35,471 nucleotides of DNA from a virus (IMGVR_UViG_3300035562_000014:1-35471), one strand, 5' to 3'. Positions 6,639-17,093 are shown, counted from the stretch's first letter. Program-made: numbers and translations. The notes: generated from the letters alone by a model not told the origin.

Positions 6639-9539
6639 CTAACGCATCCCCGGATCTACCTGGTTAATCAGCGGTGCAATCCAGAACAGGTTATTCCCCG
6701 GTAAAAGTGTACGCACGTTGTGCATCACGCGATCCCCTACATCACCGTTAAGCACCCCCGATGTGACGTCGGTAATCGTATCAAGCAGACCGAACGTCGG
6801 GCCAAGTGCTGAACCAATGAAACCGCGGCTGGCATAACGTGACTGTGTACCGGTACCGAGCAGCGCCCCGAGTCCCACCATACCGCCGGAAGCCTTCTCG
6901 GCCATGTTGTTATATTCCATCAACGGACCAAGAATACCTGAACGGTCGACACCTTCCAGCACCAGTTTCTGCGGTGACCAGTCTATCTCCCTGCCATTAG
7001 CCGCCTCTTTAAGTGCGTACGTCAGCGCCCCCAAACCAATCTGAAAAGCGGTACCGTAATAAAATTGTGCGGTACCTTCCTGCAGGCCGCCCAGCGTGGC
7101 GCGGTTATAGGACGCAGTAGCAAAGGATTTAAACTGGAATACCGTTTTGCCAAGCGGGGTGCTGGCCCATAATGGCGTATCGCCGATCCCCGGAGTAATA
7201 ACCGTATTATTAACATCTTTCAACACTGCTGACTGGAAGACGCTGGCGACGTGCTGATCGTCCCACTTATCAAAATTGCCAATATGCCAGCCCTCGATCA
7301 CTTCGCCGTGCTTCTGAAACTCAGCCCGGATACGCCCGGCCATGTTGTCGTTGATACCCAGTTTCGCCAGACGTGGGGCAGCGAACGAACCGCCGAGGAT
7401 CCCGTCTGAGGTAATCATCCCGTTAACCGATTTGTTCATATCGTCAAAATGCCCCATCAGGGTAAGCTTGCCGAACACTTCGGTAACGCGCTCCATACCA
7501 GCTTCTGCCGCCGTTGTCCGTGCAGAGCTATCCACCAGATCGCCCATTGTCCTTGCTCTGGTATGCAGGATGGTTTCCAGACCGACCGCCATCTTTTTCT
7601 GCTCTGCCCGGCTGGCAAGGTACGCCGGTGACTTAGTGATTAACGCCCCGTATCCACGGGTTATTTTCTGGAAGCCGTTCACCATGACACCACGCGCCAG
7701 ATCGGGAATTGCCGATACTGTCATTCCTCCGAGTTTGGTCACAAAGTTGGCGCTACGCAGGAAAGCACCAGCACGGACAAAGAACGATGACGGGTCGTCG
7801 GGCATACCGTAGGTGCCGACAAGGCGATCGCGCAGGGCCATGACGTCACGAATATCGTTATCGCGGGCTTTAGCCAGTTTGCCCTGTTCTGCTGGTGTAT
7901 TGCGCATTAGTGCGTCGTATTCGTCCTGAATATCCTTTAGCTGCTTGTCCAGGGTGCGGTTGCCAAAAGTGCGGGTAAGTTCAACCTCCGACGCAGCTTC
8001 GCGAATATGGCGCTGTAGCACGTAGTTGGCGTCGCTTTCCAGATAGTCTTTCATCAGGCGGTCAGGAACACTGAGCGTACGCGACCGGGTACTGCCTGCC
8101 GCCTTCACCGTGAACACGTTCGAGAAATCCTGCGGGATTTTTGCCCCGACGATTTTGTTGATTGTCGCATCGGCGGTAATTTCTGCCTCTTCGCGTGACA
8201 TGGTTTTCTCACCTCGTGACCACCAGTCAACCAACATGTCGCGAAATTTATCCCGCTCGTTAACGATCTTCCCGACTTTGTACACGCGAGGGAAATAGCT
8301 TTCCTGCCCTATGGCTTTAAGTTCGTCGTCCGGCGGGAGCAGTCCCAGCTTTTGCTGCTCTGTCTTCACCCGGTTGACGACCTGCCGCATGGCCTGTGCC
8401 GTCTCCTGCACCACGGGGTTACTGTGCACATCGTTACTACGCATGGCGTTGCCAACTTCCTCACGGAATGATGCAAAACTCAAATCACCGCCACCGCCAT
8501 CGGCCTTGTATTTTGCGTACGCCTGTTTATTCGCAACAACGACCGCCGCCTCTTCGCGTCGCCAGCCCCTCACGCGAGTTTCTGCCGCAACGGGGGTTTC
8601 AATACCCCGCAGGTTGCCTTCCAGCGTAAAGTTATTCTCCGCCAGCTCCAGCGCTGTGCGGCGGGCTGTTTTTGATGGTGACGCCATCAGGCGAGTAATA
8701 GGCGTCAGGTAGCTGCCAGCCTTACGAGCTAGCTTACCAACTGGGCCGCCAGACACCGGGGTTAAATCCTCGAGCGTCGCCTCGCCAATCCTCGCAGCAC
8801 CCACGCTGCCACCCTCCGGAAGCGCAGAGGAAGCAGCTACGTCTACCGGGTTAGTGACGCGCATATTATCAAGAGCGTCTGCGACTTCACGCGTGGCCGC
8901 CGTTCTGAGGGCCGGAGTCAGCATTTCGCCAGCGCTGGCGAATACGCCGCCCAGCAGCGCGCCAGCCGTGACGTGTGCCGCGCTTTCGCCAAAGGTGCGA
9001 GTAATCTGCTGGTTATTAAGCGCAACCTCACTGAGCGCGGTACCAGCGGCACCAATGGCTATCTGAGAACCTATTCGCGTTAGCGTCCCGGCCTGCGCTC
9101 CGGGGATGAACATAGAAGCAACGGTAACCGGGTCGATCAGCCCCGCCGCAATGCTCGCCAGCGTACCTTCGGCTCCGGCGTCAGCCAGCGCGCGCCGATC
9201 TTCGTTCTCGTCGTCAATCTGCTGTTTTAGCCAGGCGGTTTCTTCCGGTGAACGAGAATCAGCAAAAGCAGATCCCCACTGCTCGTACCCATGCAGCTCG
9301 TTTTTGTCACTATACGGGTTATACCCTTCGGCGGGTTCAAACTGTTTCGACGGACGGAACATCCCCGCCAGCAGGTTATTCTGGCGAAATGCAGCCCCCC
9401 ATACAGAGGGCTCCTGCTGCTGTGGATCCGGATTAGTTCCCGCAGGCAAGGAAACGTCAAAGCCCGTCGGCTCAGGCAGCGCACTACCAGCGGGGGTGAA
9501 TCCGTTGCTTAATTCGTCAGGTGTCGCATATACCGGCAT
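6639..9539 (-). CDS. Large internal virion (ejection) protein
   Basis: 966 aa, Ala/Gly-rich helical protein, last of three genes after tail tubular B. Confidence 0.75.
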   Translation of the reverse strand: MPVYATPDELSNGFTPAGSALPEPTGFDVSLPAGTNPDPQQQEPSVWGAAFRQNNLLAGMFRPSKQFEPAEGYNPYSDKNELHGYEQWGSAFADSRSPEETAWLKQQIDDENEDRRALADAGAEGTLASIAAGLIDPVTVASMFIPGAQAGTLTRIGSQIAIGAAGTALSEVALNNQQITRTFGESAAHVTAGALLGGVFASAGEMLTPALRTAATREVADALDNMRVTNPVDVAASSALPEGGSVGAARIGEATLEDLTPVSGGPVGKLARKAGSYLTPITRLMASPSKTARRTALELAENNFTLEGNLRGIETPVAAETRVRGWRREEAAVVVANKQAYAKYKADGGGGDLSFASFREEVGNAMRSNDVHSNPVVQETAQAMRQVVNRVKTEQQKLGLLPPDDELKAIGQESYFPRVYKVGKIVNERDKFRDMLVDWWSRGEKTMSREEAEITADATINKIVGAKIPQDFSNVFTVKAAGSTRSRTLSVPDRLMKDYLESDANYVLQRHIREAASEVELTRTFGNRTLDKQLKDIQDEYDALMRNTPAEQGKLAKARDNDIRDVMALRDRLVGTYGMPDDPSSFFVRAGAFLRSANFVTKLGGMTVSAIPDLARGVMVNGFQKITRGYGALITKSPAYLASRAEQKKMAVGLETILHTRARTMGDLVDSSARTTAAEAGMERVTEVFGKLTLMGHFDDMNKSVNGMITSDGILGGSFAAPRLAKLGINDNMAGRIRAEFQKHGEVIEGWHIGNFDKWDDQHVASVFQSAVLKDVNNTVITPGIGDTPLWASTPLGKTVFQFKSFATASYNRATLGGLQEGTAQFYYGTAFQIGLGALTYALKEAANGREIDWSPQKLVLEGVDRSGILGPLMEYNNMAEKASGGMVGLGALLGTGTQSRYASRGFIGSALGPTFGLLDTITDVTSGVLNGDVGDRVMHNVRTLLPGNNLFWIAPLINQVDPGMR

Positions 9540-12256
9540 TAGTCAGTGCTCCATGAAAAATAGCTTTTAACCCGATCCATGCGCTCGTTGTGTAACTGCT
9601 TATACTGCTCATCAAGCGCACGGTGTTTATCTTTAAACCCGCGAATATCCTGACCTCGTAGCAATTCGTTCTGTTCGCTCTGCTCGCGCTCCTGCTGTAT
9701 TTTCTTATACGGCTCCCACTCTTCCAGCGACGGTTTCCAGCGCATCGGGCGCCCGTATTTATCGTAGAACGGTTGTACCCCCTCAATCCCGTCCTTATCC
9801 TTTGTCCGCACCATAATGGCGTAATCCCCGCTGCGGGACGTCAACAGATCAGGTGTTATTTCCAGCTCACCGCCGATACGGGATTCTGGCGTTTTCGATT
9901 CGATAGCTGGCGCACCGCCAGGGATCCCGAGCTGTGTCGGGCTGGTGGTGATGGTATCTTTACGGTCACCATACTTAAGGCGTTCTTTTTCTTCCTTCCA
10001 CTGTGCCGCCTGCCACCCCTCCGGACCGTAGTTATAAAGTGCTTCTGGCGCATACTTCATGAATTTTGCATCGCCGTTTACCTCGCTGATACTCCAGGTG
10101 CGGGCTATCTGCTGGTTCGTCATCTTTTTCGCCACGTCGGCATTTCCACCAGCGTTGCGGTAATTGATATCGTAGAGCGACTGGTAATCGTTGCGAAAAC
10201 GTACCGCGTCAGGGGTTTCATCACTCGCTGACGGGTCCCAGCGAAATATCTGCGACATGCTGCTGACGGCAGAATCCATCGCGCTGCTGCGGTCTTTTTT
10301 GTACTCTTTAGTGCTCTGCGTCGACGCCAGCTGGGCTTTAAAGGCATCGGTCTGGTTATATGTCACGTTCTGCGCCTGTGCTACAGCGGCGTCAGACGAC
10401 ATACCCGCGTCCGTCAACTGTTTCACCGTCAGATAAAAACCCTGCATATCCTTCGGCATATCCCCCACCGATGCGGGGTCGGTATCGTACAGGCGGTTAA
10501 ACAACTCAGCACCCTGCCTGACCACTTCCGGGCTGCTGGCGCGGGAAATAGCGGCCAGTTGGGTATTCACCTGCGAAGGGATAATGCCGGTCTGTGCGAC
10601 CTGTTGCACAATACTGTCGTGCGTGGTGGCATCATTAATACGGAAATTTTGCGCAACGGAGGTTGAGTCTGCTGCTTTCTGCATGGCTTTATCGCTCGGA
10701 TCGAGTTTCTCCCCCATCGAAAGCGCCTCGGTAAAACGACGGGAATCACGCTGCGCCTGAACGGCGGCATTGCTTCTTTGGACCAGCGCCCCAAGTTTTC
10801 CATAGCCATCGAGCTTAAGCGCGTAATCAGGGTCATTAGCCTGCGGTTTTGCCTTTGCCAGCTCTTCCTGCTGCTGCGCCGGTGATGCGTACTGGATAGC
10901 CTGAAACATCCTGGCATTATCGATAGCGATATCGAGCTGCTTAACGGCTTTTTCCCCCTGCTCGCCGTAGGCAAACATGACAGACTGCTTGTCCGGCATC
11001 GCGTCGGGCACTTCACCGTTATACAGCTGCGCCATCGTATTGTTGAGGATGGGATCAATCTGCTGGCGCAGGGCAGAGCGCTGCTCACGCAGTTGCGCTT
11101 CCGCAATGTTATCAATTTTGTTGACTGACACAGGATCCAGCCCGGTTTTATTTTTCCGGTATCGCGACAGCCAGCCGCGCGTTTCTGCTGGCAAGTTACG
11201 AATAAATTCCTGCTCCGATACCTCGCCTTTTCGTGGATCGCCTATTTTGGCGATGAGCTTGTCTACGTTACCCTGCCCCCAGTTGTACGCCGCGCCCGTC
11301 AACGTTTCTGATCCATATTTAGAATACAGTTCACCAACGTAAGATTTTGCCAGTTGGGCATGTTGCTCCGGGTCTTCCGGGTTATATTCCACGCCTTGTT
11401 TTGCAGCCATTTCCCGACCAGTGCCGGGCATTAACTGGAATTGCCCCTGAGCACGTTCTCCCGAACGGGTTACCGGTCCCTGAATAACACTACCGTCAGA
11501 GCTGAAATGTTTCCCTCCGGATTCAACGATACCGATAGCGCGCATATCCATGCCGCCACTTTCTTTTATCGGAAAATCACCACCTAACCACCCCTGCGGG
11601 TTGGTTACTGCGTAATTCTGCGCACGTTGTTCCATAGCGCGCATATCGGCCTCAGATACTGCCCCGGATATTTCCTCAGTACTCCAGCCCTGTGACTGAC
11701 CGTAAAGCTCTATCGAATGCTTACGTGCCCCGCGAATTAGCGCCGCCTGCTCGGGGTTATCGAACGCACCGGACTCCTGCTGTACTGAGGTTTTTACCGT
11801 GGTATCAAACTGCGATCGCTGAGCCTGTGCCGTTTGGGTACGTTCAAAACTGTTGTAGGTGCTCATGCGTTGGAGCTGTCTGGCTCTCCACTGTGCTTCA
11901 AAATAAGCTTGTTGGCTGACCGGAACTTTTTTTAGCGCTTCATCATAATCCGACGCATCAAGTTTATTCATGTCCGTACCAACACCAGCGGAGTTAAACC
12001 CTTGGCGGGTAACCAGTGCGCCCGTTTCCGGGTTTTCCCATCGGTCGTTTGATTTGGCCTCCAAGTCTGTTAGCGCCGCCTGTGTGGCTGCCAGATCGGC
12101 TTTATGCTGTTCGCGCTGTGCAGCGTCAGCCACATTACCCAATGCAGCACCAACACCGGATAGCGCGGAGCCGACTGCACCAACGTTACCAAGGCTGACA
12201 CGCCCGGTCGTTGCCTGCGGTGTGATATTTCCAAAATTGCCGGTTGGTATACGCAT
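9539..12256 (-). CDS. Internal virion (ejection) protein with lytic transglycosylase (SLT) domain
   Basis: SLT motifs IVESGG, AQGQFQLMPGT, AAYNWGQG; start placed at MRIPTG, which overlaps the upstream stop (TAATG). Confidence 0.85.
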   Translation of the reverse strand: MRIPTGNFGNITPQATTGRVSLGNVGAVGSALSGVGAALGNVADAAQREQHKADLAATQAALTDLEAKSNDRWENPETGALVTRQGFNSAGVGTDMNKLDASDYDEALKKVPVSQQAYFEAQWRARQLQRMSTYNSFERTQTAQAQRSQFDTTVKTSVQQESGAFDNPEQAALIRGARKHSIELYGQSQGWSTEEISGAVSEADMRAMEQRAQNYAVTNPQGWLGGDFPIKESGGMDMRAIGIVESGGKHFSSDGSVIQGPVTRSGERAQGQFQLMPGTGREMAAKQGVEYNPEDPEQHAQLAKSYVGELYSKYGSETLTGAAYNWGQGNVDKLIAKIGDPRKGEVSEQEFIRNLPAETRGWLSRYRKNKTGLDPVSVNKIDNIAEAQLREQRSALRQQIDPILNNTMAQLYNGEVPDAMPDKQSVMFAYGEQGEKAVKQLDIAIDNARMFQAIQYASPAQQQEELAKAKPQANDPDYALKLDGYGKLGALVQRSNAAVQAQRDSRRFTEALSMGEKLDPSDKAMQKAADSTSVAQNFRINDATTHDSIVQQVAQTGIIPSQVNTQLAAISRASSPEVVRQGAELFNRLYDTDPASVGDMPKDMQGFYLTVKQLTDAGMSSDAAVAQAQNVTYNQTDAFKAQLASTQSTKEYKKDRSSAMDSAVSSMSQIFRWDPSASDETPDAVRFRNDYQSLYDINYRNAGGNADVAKKMTNQQIARTWSISEVNGDAKFMKYAPEALYNYGPEGWQAAQWKEEKERLKYGDRKDTITTSPTQLGIPGGAPAIESKTPESRIGGELEITPDLLTSRSGDYAIMVRTKDKDGIEGVQPFYDKYGRPMRWKPSLEEWEPYKKIQQEREQSEQNELLRGQDIRGFKDKHRALDEQYKQLHNERMDRVKSYFSWSTD

Positions 12257-12699
12257 TATTTTTTCCACCCGTTATACATCTGCGATCCAGAAGAAAGCAG
12301 CGAACTCCCCGCGCCCATCATTCCAGCCTGCTGCGCTTTTTTTCCGCTGAGCACATCGGCCTGTGCCTGTGCCCGCATCCGGTTAGAGCTGTTCACACCG
12401 TTAAGGATGGTCTGATAAGCATCCTGCTCTGCATCGCCTGTGATATCCGACGTAACCCGCAATGCGGTACCGGCGCCAGTTTCTACACCAGACGCGCCAA
12501 AGGCTGCGTTTGCCTGCGATGCCTGCTGCGCGCCCTGCTGGCGGATGCGCTGCGCCTGTACTTTTGCTGCAGCGGTATTTGCCTCTGCGTCAGCCCTCGT
12601 CTGAGCAGCGTTGTAGTTTGCGGCGGTCTTCGCATCGTTTCCCTGCTTCATCGCCCCGAGCGCAGATACTGCGGCGGCGGCTAGTGCTACCCATGCCAT
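12256..12699 (-). CDS. Small internal virion protein
   Basis: Ala/Gln/Gly-rich, hydrophobic N-terminus, AFGASGV motif; T7 gp14-like position. Confidence 0.7.
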   Translation of the reverse strand: MAWVALAAAAVSALGAMKQGNDAKTAANYNAAQTRADAEANTAAAKVQAQRIRQQGAQQASQANAAFGASGVETGAGTALRVTSDITGDAEQDAYQTILNGVNSSNRMRAQAQADVLSGKKAQQAGMMGAGSSLLSSGSQMYNGWKK

Positions 12700-13145
12700 T
12701 ATTTACCCCCTGAAAACACAATGCCGACGTGCTTAAGGCCGAGACGCTCATACATTCGCCCGGTGCGCTCCTCGTCGATTCCGGTTGTGATTCCCATGTC
12801 GATCTGGTCGACCCCTTTCGACCTAGCCCACCCGATATACTCTTTCGCCAGGCGATAGCCCGCCAGCGTCCCCCTGTGCGCTTTTTCCACGTAGAGCCCC
12901 AGCTCATAGGAAATATGCGCATCAGCGAAATAATGCTCGGTGATGACAGCAGCAATCGTGCCGACAATCTGACCGTCTTTCTCCGCAACCGCTACCATGC
13001 CGTCGGGGGAGTCGATAAGGCGACGCAACAGCGCCGCAAATTTATCGCTGCTGTAAGGCAGCGTGCGGTAACGCGATTCGAGATGCATTTCAGCCGACAG
13101 ACGGAGAATGTCAGGAATATCGCTATAACCTGCTGGTCTGATCAT
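12699..13145 (-). CDS. GNAT-family acetyltransferase-like protein
   Basis: MIRPA start, LYVEKAHRG acetyl-CoA loop, YERLGL motif. Confidence 0.8.
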   Translation of the reverse strand: MIRPAGYSDIPDILRLSAEMHLESRYRTLPYSSDKFAALLRRLIDSPDGMVAVAEKDGQIVGTIAAVITEHYFADAHISYELGLYVEKAHRGTLAGYRLAKEYIGWARSKGVDQIDMGITTGIDEERTGRMYERLGLKHVGIVFSGGK

Positions 13146-13147
13146 GG

Positions 13148-15136
13148 TTAGCCTCCGTTACTGGTAAATGTGAACATGATGGCAAGAAGGTGAAACGGCA
13201 GCGGCTGGCGCTGCTGAATGAGTAACGTATCTTCCCCGCGCTCCCAGCCGAGTTTTCCCCAATAGTGATCGCCGGTGAAAAGCGGCGCCGGCTGGTTCAG
13301 AATTTGCGGACCGAACCTGCGGAACGGGATCACCTGACCGTTGCACTCCGCGCCGGTGGTATCAAGAAAACGCATCGTGACTTCGCTGGTGCGTTTTTTC
13401 GCGTTTTGCGTGGTACCTTCTGACGTTGCCACTTCTGGCGTCAGCGTTTCGATAGTCGTCTCGTAATGCAGGCCCACCTCGATTGCATTAGCTTTGCGTG
13501 TCAGGGTGATTTGTCCATCTGATACCGTGGCCTGCGGCATGACCGAGCCATCAGCAACCACATCAACGGTCTTACCTTCGAGGTGGGAGAGTCCCGCCCA
13601 CGTTGTTGCACCTTCCTCGCTGGTGCCGGTTACCGCCGCATCTGTTCTCAAAGTACTGTCCAGCACTTCCACATAACGCACGGTTTGCCCGTTAACCTCG
13701 CGGCTGGCCAGCACATAGACAACGTCTTCCACCTCAGACGGGATGCAGGCCACCGACTCGAACGCGCCATCGGAAGAATGCCGCGTCCACGCAATAACAT
13801 CCTGTACGCGGTCGATAGCCATCGAAATCATCGCGCCGTCATTGCGGGTCATCCAGACAAAGGGATCCGGCTGCTGCTGGTATGCCATATCGTTGACGCC
13901 GCTTGCTGTAATATGCTCGGCAAGAATGGTGGTATCGGTCGCGGTATATGCCACGAATGAATCGGGGTCATAGGCCGCAGAGTAGAGTTTTCGCCCGGCG
14001 CGCTGCACAAACATAATTTCGGTACCAACGCGCAACGGCCGCATATTGTTGCAACCGTACGGGCTGGGGTTTTTAACCGAAATGTTTGTCGGTGTGATGG
14101 CGGATTCGTTGCCAGCCGTGATGGTAAATTCCCCGCCGTAGGTCAGCGCGATCAGGGTATTCATCTGCGCCAGATGCACGATCGGGTTGAGCTGATCAGA
14201 CGACAGCGTGAAGCTGATAGCTTTATCGTCTTCCGTACCCAACTCAAAGGACAGGTAAACGCCCGTTTCACTGAACCATATCCCCTGGGGAAATCGTGGC
14301 GAACCGGCCAGCACCAGACGCTGCTGATATAGCGTGACCGCACCGGGGTACCCCATATCGCCGCCCCATACGGAATCTTCACGTGTCCACGCCCCCGGTG
14401 ATGCCGCCTGCGTTGCCGAGAGGATCGTGCGAATAATACCGTCGGCTTTTTGCGGGCTGCTAACGCTACTGATAAGCACCAGGCCATCGTTGATGCGCAC
14501 ATAAGAACCCACATCCTCCGCCACCCAGCCATCACCGGTAAGCGTACCGTCGCTGTTCTCTGGAGGCTCTGAATCACTGAGGGTCAGCGTGATATCGCTC
14601 CCCACGTACTGTTTTGCGGATGGCTTACACCATTTCTGCGGGGTGTCGCGAATTTCGTCGAAAGGCTCAACTTCGAACGGTGCGGGCTCGAGTACCCAGT
14701 CAGTTTGACCACGTCGCTGCAGGCGCTGCGGTGCCACCTGCTCATGTACAAGGAACATGGTGTCAGCACCCTGGACGTAATTCACATAAGGAAGCATACC
14801 GACGGTATACGGGCTGGCGATCTCGTAGGGGGTATTGTCAGGATTTACGACCTGTTTCCCGTTCTGGAAAATGCGCATATACCCTTCGCCAAATTCCAGC
14901 ACATAGGCCTGTGAGCGATTAAATATATACGGGATAAGGCGCGATTTTTTGTCACCATATTTCGCCGCAGCCGCAAAGCGGGTGCCTGGTCGACGCATCA
15001 CGCCGCCCTGCACCACCACCACGCCGTTTTCTATGACCTTTGCCCCGTTGGCGTAACGCGCAATATCAACGCGCCCCATAAGGCGCGGAGATATTTCCCC
15101 GGCGGTAAAATTTGTTTTTATCAGATTAGCGCGCAT
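13148..15136 (-). CDS. Tail tubular protein B (nozzle)
   Basis: NFTAGEISP, GGVMRRPG, QQRLVLAG beta-propeller-type motifs; size and position. Confidence 0.85.
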   Translation of the reverse strand: MRANLIKTNFTAGEISPRLMGRVDIARYANGAKVIENGVVVVQGGVMRRPGTRFAAAAKYGDKKSRLIPYIFNRSQAYVLEFGEGYMRIFQNGKQVVNPDNTPYEIASPYTVGMLPYVNYVQGADTMFLVHEQVAPQRLQRRGQTDWVLEPAPFEVEPFDEIRDTPQKWCKPSAKQYVGSDITLTLSDSEPPENSDGTLTGDGWVAEDVGSYVRINDGLVLISSVSSPQKADGIIRTILSATQAASPGAWTREDSVWGGDMGYPGAVTLYQQRLVLAGSPRFPQGIWFSETGVYLSFELGTEDDKAISFTLSSDQLNPIVHLAQMNTLIALTYGGEFTITAGNESAITPTNISVKNPSPYGCNNMRPLRVGTEIMFVQRAGRKLYSAAYDPDSFVAYTATDTTILAEHITASGVNDMAYQQQPDPFVWMTRNDGAMISMAIDRVQDVIAWTRHSSDGAFESVACIPSEVEDVVYVLASREVNGQTVRYVEVLDSTLRTDAAVTGTSEEGATTWAGLSHLEGKTVDVVADGSVMPQATVSDGQITLTRKANAIEVGLHYETTIETLTPEVATSEGTTQNAKKRTSEVTMRFLDTTGAECNGQVIPFRRFGPQILNQPAPLFTGDHYWGKLGWERGEDTLLIQQRQPLPFHLLAIMFTFTSNGG

Positions 15137-15137
15137 G

Positions 15138-15701
15138 TCAGAACCTCGACTCGTACGTTGGGTATCCGCCCAGCTCTTCCGGCGGCTCTTCCTGACCGTC
15201 GACGGCTTTAGCCTGTTTCAACAGAAAGTTAGCCTCTTGTGTCAGCGTGTCGCGCAGACTGGTGGAGGCGGTGACGGCATAGGCCAGCTTTGCCTGCATC
15301 ATCACTTCAGCCACGTCGACGAGCGCCGCATCCCACGTGGATTCATCCTCATTGCGGAAGACATAGCGCAGTCGCACCACCTGAACATCGGTCAGCAGCC
15401 GGTTGCCCTCGATGCGGTACGGAATATCGTCGTGTGGCTCACCAACGGAAAGAACGCGGAGCAAGTCGCCCGGCAGCGCAAACTGAAAGGAAAAACCAAA
15501 CGCAGGCGTAGTACTCACGGGAGAGAGAACCAGACGCTTAATCGCGCAGTTCCACGGGTGGGAGCGCAGGATTTTATTGCGAACGGTGGGATAAAGATTT
15601 GAGCAGAGCCGGGCGTGATCGGTATCCTCGTCGAAACTGTTAATGGGGTGCGCCCCCAGCGCCAGCAGTGCGTTTGAACAGATTGCTACACTCGAAGTCA
15701 T
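15138..15701 (-). CDS. Tail tubular protein A (adaptor)
   Basis: ICSNALLALG, HPWNCA, LPGDLLRV motifs; follows the capsid gene. Confidence 0.88.
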   Translation of the reverse strand: MTSSVAICSNALLALGAHPINSFDEDTDHARLCSNLYPTVRNKILRSHPWNCAIKRLVLSPVSTTPAFGFSFQFALPGDLLRVLSVGEPHDDIPYRIEGNRLLTDVQVVRLRYVFRNEDESTWDAALVDVAEVMMQAKLAYAVTASTSLRDTLTQEANFLLKQAKAVDGQEEPPEELGGYPTYESRF

Positions 15702-15717
15702 GGCGGAACCTCAGATG

Positions 15718-15744
15718 AAAAAAGGCCGGGGATGATCCCCCGGC
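15718..15744 (-). terminator. Intrinsic terminator after the capsid gene
   Basis: GCCGGGG stem with T6 tail on the minus strand. Confidence 0.8.
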
Positions 15745-15761
15745 AAAAAGACACCAGCGGC

Positions 15762-16673
15762 TTAGGCTACAAAATCGATGGCGACAACCTTGTTTTCTGC
15801 TGCGCGACCAGCACCGTAGGACGCATCAACAGAAATCTGGATGGTGTTGTTTTTGTCACGGCGCGGACCGATATCGACGTTGTACTCTTCGCCGGTACCG
15901 AAATGCACGGCAGACTTACACCAGGCGGCAGCCGTTTTAGTGACAACCGCAGGGTCGCCAGCAGAAACAGAATCCAGCTTCTCGTATGCCAGCCAGTTAA
16001 AGCCGAGCCACTTCGAGTTAACCGCACCTTCCTGCAGCATTTTTACCGCCATAAAGTCGGCGCTGGTCAGGGTGGTGTCGCTCAGGATCTGCGTCAGCAT
16101 GTCGGCGTTGTAGGTGAAATACAGCTCTTCACCGTTCTGCTCGTCACACTCGTTGCGGCGGAACATCGCCTTTGCCGCAATGATTTTTGCTTTAGTCATG
16201 CCGGTGCCGCCCGCGACAATCTTCTGAGATGCCGGGAGGGCTACGGGTGCAAACGCGCCATTGTTTGAGGTCTTACGCAAGACAGGATCGAGCAGACTAC
16301 GATAAATCACGTCGTCTTTTTTGCGGTTAGACGCTGACAGGGTGAGCTGCAAATACGGCCCCTGTGGATCCGCGATGAGCTTGCGCAGGTCGCGCTTTTC
16401 CACCGGGACAAAGACAGCGTAATCAGCCATCAGCGCATTACGGGTACCGGCTTCCGGAACATCCCACACGGTATCGCCAAAGCGGGTGGTAATTTCCTGC
16501 ATTTCAATGGTGCCCATGTCGTTAATCGTGAACGACGCACCGGTGATTTTGCCGCGGTCATGGACAGCCGCCTGCAGGCGGGAATCCTTCTGCTGCGACG
16601 CAATATCGTATGAATCATGGAACTGCGTAACAAATGCCGCAGTAATCATGTTCTTGTTGGCATCAAATGACAT
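15762..16673 (-). CDS. Major capsid protein
   Basis: 303 aa from ATG 16673 with GGAG RBS; QQKDSRL and WLGFNW motifs; own promoter and terminator; lies between scaffold and tail genes. Confidence 0.88.
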   Translation of the reverse strand: MSFDANKNMITAAFVTQFHDSYDIASQQKDSRLQAAVHDRGKITGASFTINDMGTIEMQEITTRFGDTVWDVPEAGTRNALMADYAVFVPVEKRDLRKLIADPQGPYLQLTLSASNRKKDDVIYRSLLDPVLRKTSNNGAFAPVALPASQKIVAGGTGMTKAKIIAAKAMFRRNECDEQNGEELYFTYNADMLTQILSDTTLTSADFMAVKMLQEGAVNSKWLGFNWLAYEKLDSVSAGDPAVVTKTAAAWCKSAVHFGTGEEYNVDIGPRRDKNNTIQISVDASYGAGRAAENKVVAIDFVA

Positions 16674-16803
16674 AACAATCACTCCAGATTTTATCGCCTG
16701 CGGGGTATCGGTTTCCCGGCCCAAATATCACACTGCGTTTGGCGCTTACGCACTGCGGGAAATTTCAGGTATCCGGCGTCCCCGCCGGGCTGATAATGTG
16801 GTG

Positions 16804-16837
16804 ATTGTTAGCGAGGTGCGCGGTCGGAATCCCGACC
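16804..16837 (-). promoter_or_regulatory. Late promoter copy 4 (capsid)
   Basis: Exact 16-mer at 16822-16837; hexamer AACAAT at the same spacing. Confidence 0.75.
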
Positions 16838-16842
16838 AAATG

Positions 16843-16869
16843 AAAAAGCCAGCGGGTTAGGCTGGCTTT
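16843..16869 (-). terminator. Intrinsic terminator ending the portal-scaffold unit
   Basis: AAAGCCAGC-N7-GCTGGCTTT inverted repeat with T5 on the minus strand. Confidence 0.75.
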
Positions 16870-16889
16870 AGTTGTGGTATGTCGCAGAG

Positions 16890-17060
16890 TTATGCCGTTA
16901 GTTTTGCAAATGCTGCATTAACCGTTTCGGCAAGTTCTTCCGCCTCTGACCGGGTTGGTTTTTGCTGTAATATCAGTTCACCCAGCAAATTAGCCTTAGC
17001 CCTGAATACATAATCCAGTTGCTCCTGCATTAACACGGTTCCAGTTTGTTTGTCGCTCAT
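16890..17060 (-). CDS. 56-aa hypothetical protein (below the ORF-track cutoff)
   Basis: Hand translation MSDKQTGTVLMQEQLDYVFRAKANLLGELILQQKPTRSEAEELAETVNAAFAKLTA; AGAGG RBS; terminator follows. Confidence 0.7.
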   Translation of the reverse strand: MSDKQTGTVLMQEQLDYVFRAKANLLGELILQQKPTRSEAEELAETVNAAFAKLTA

Positions 17061-17093
17061 AGGTCTTTCCTCTTTTTAAGTTATCGTGACATG

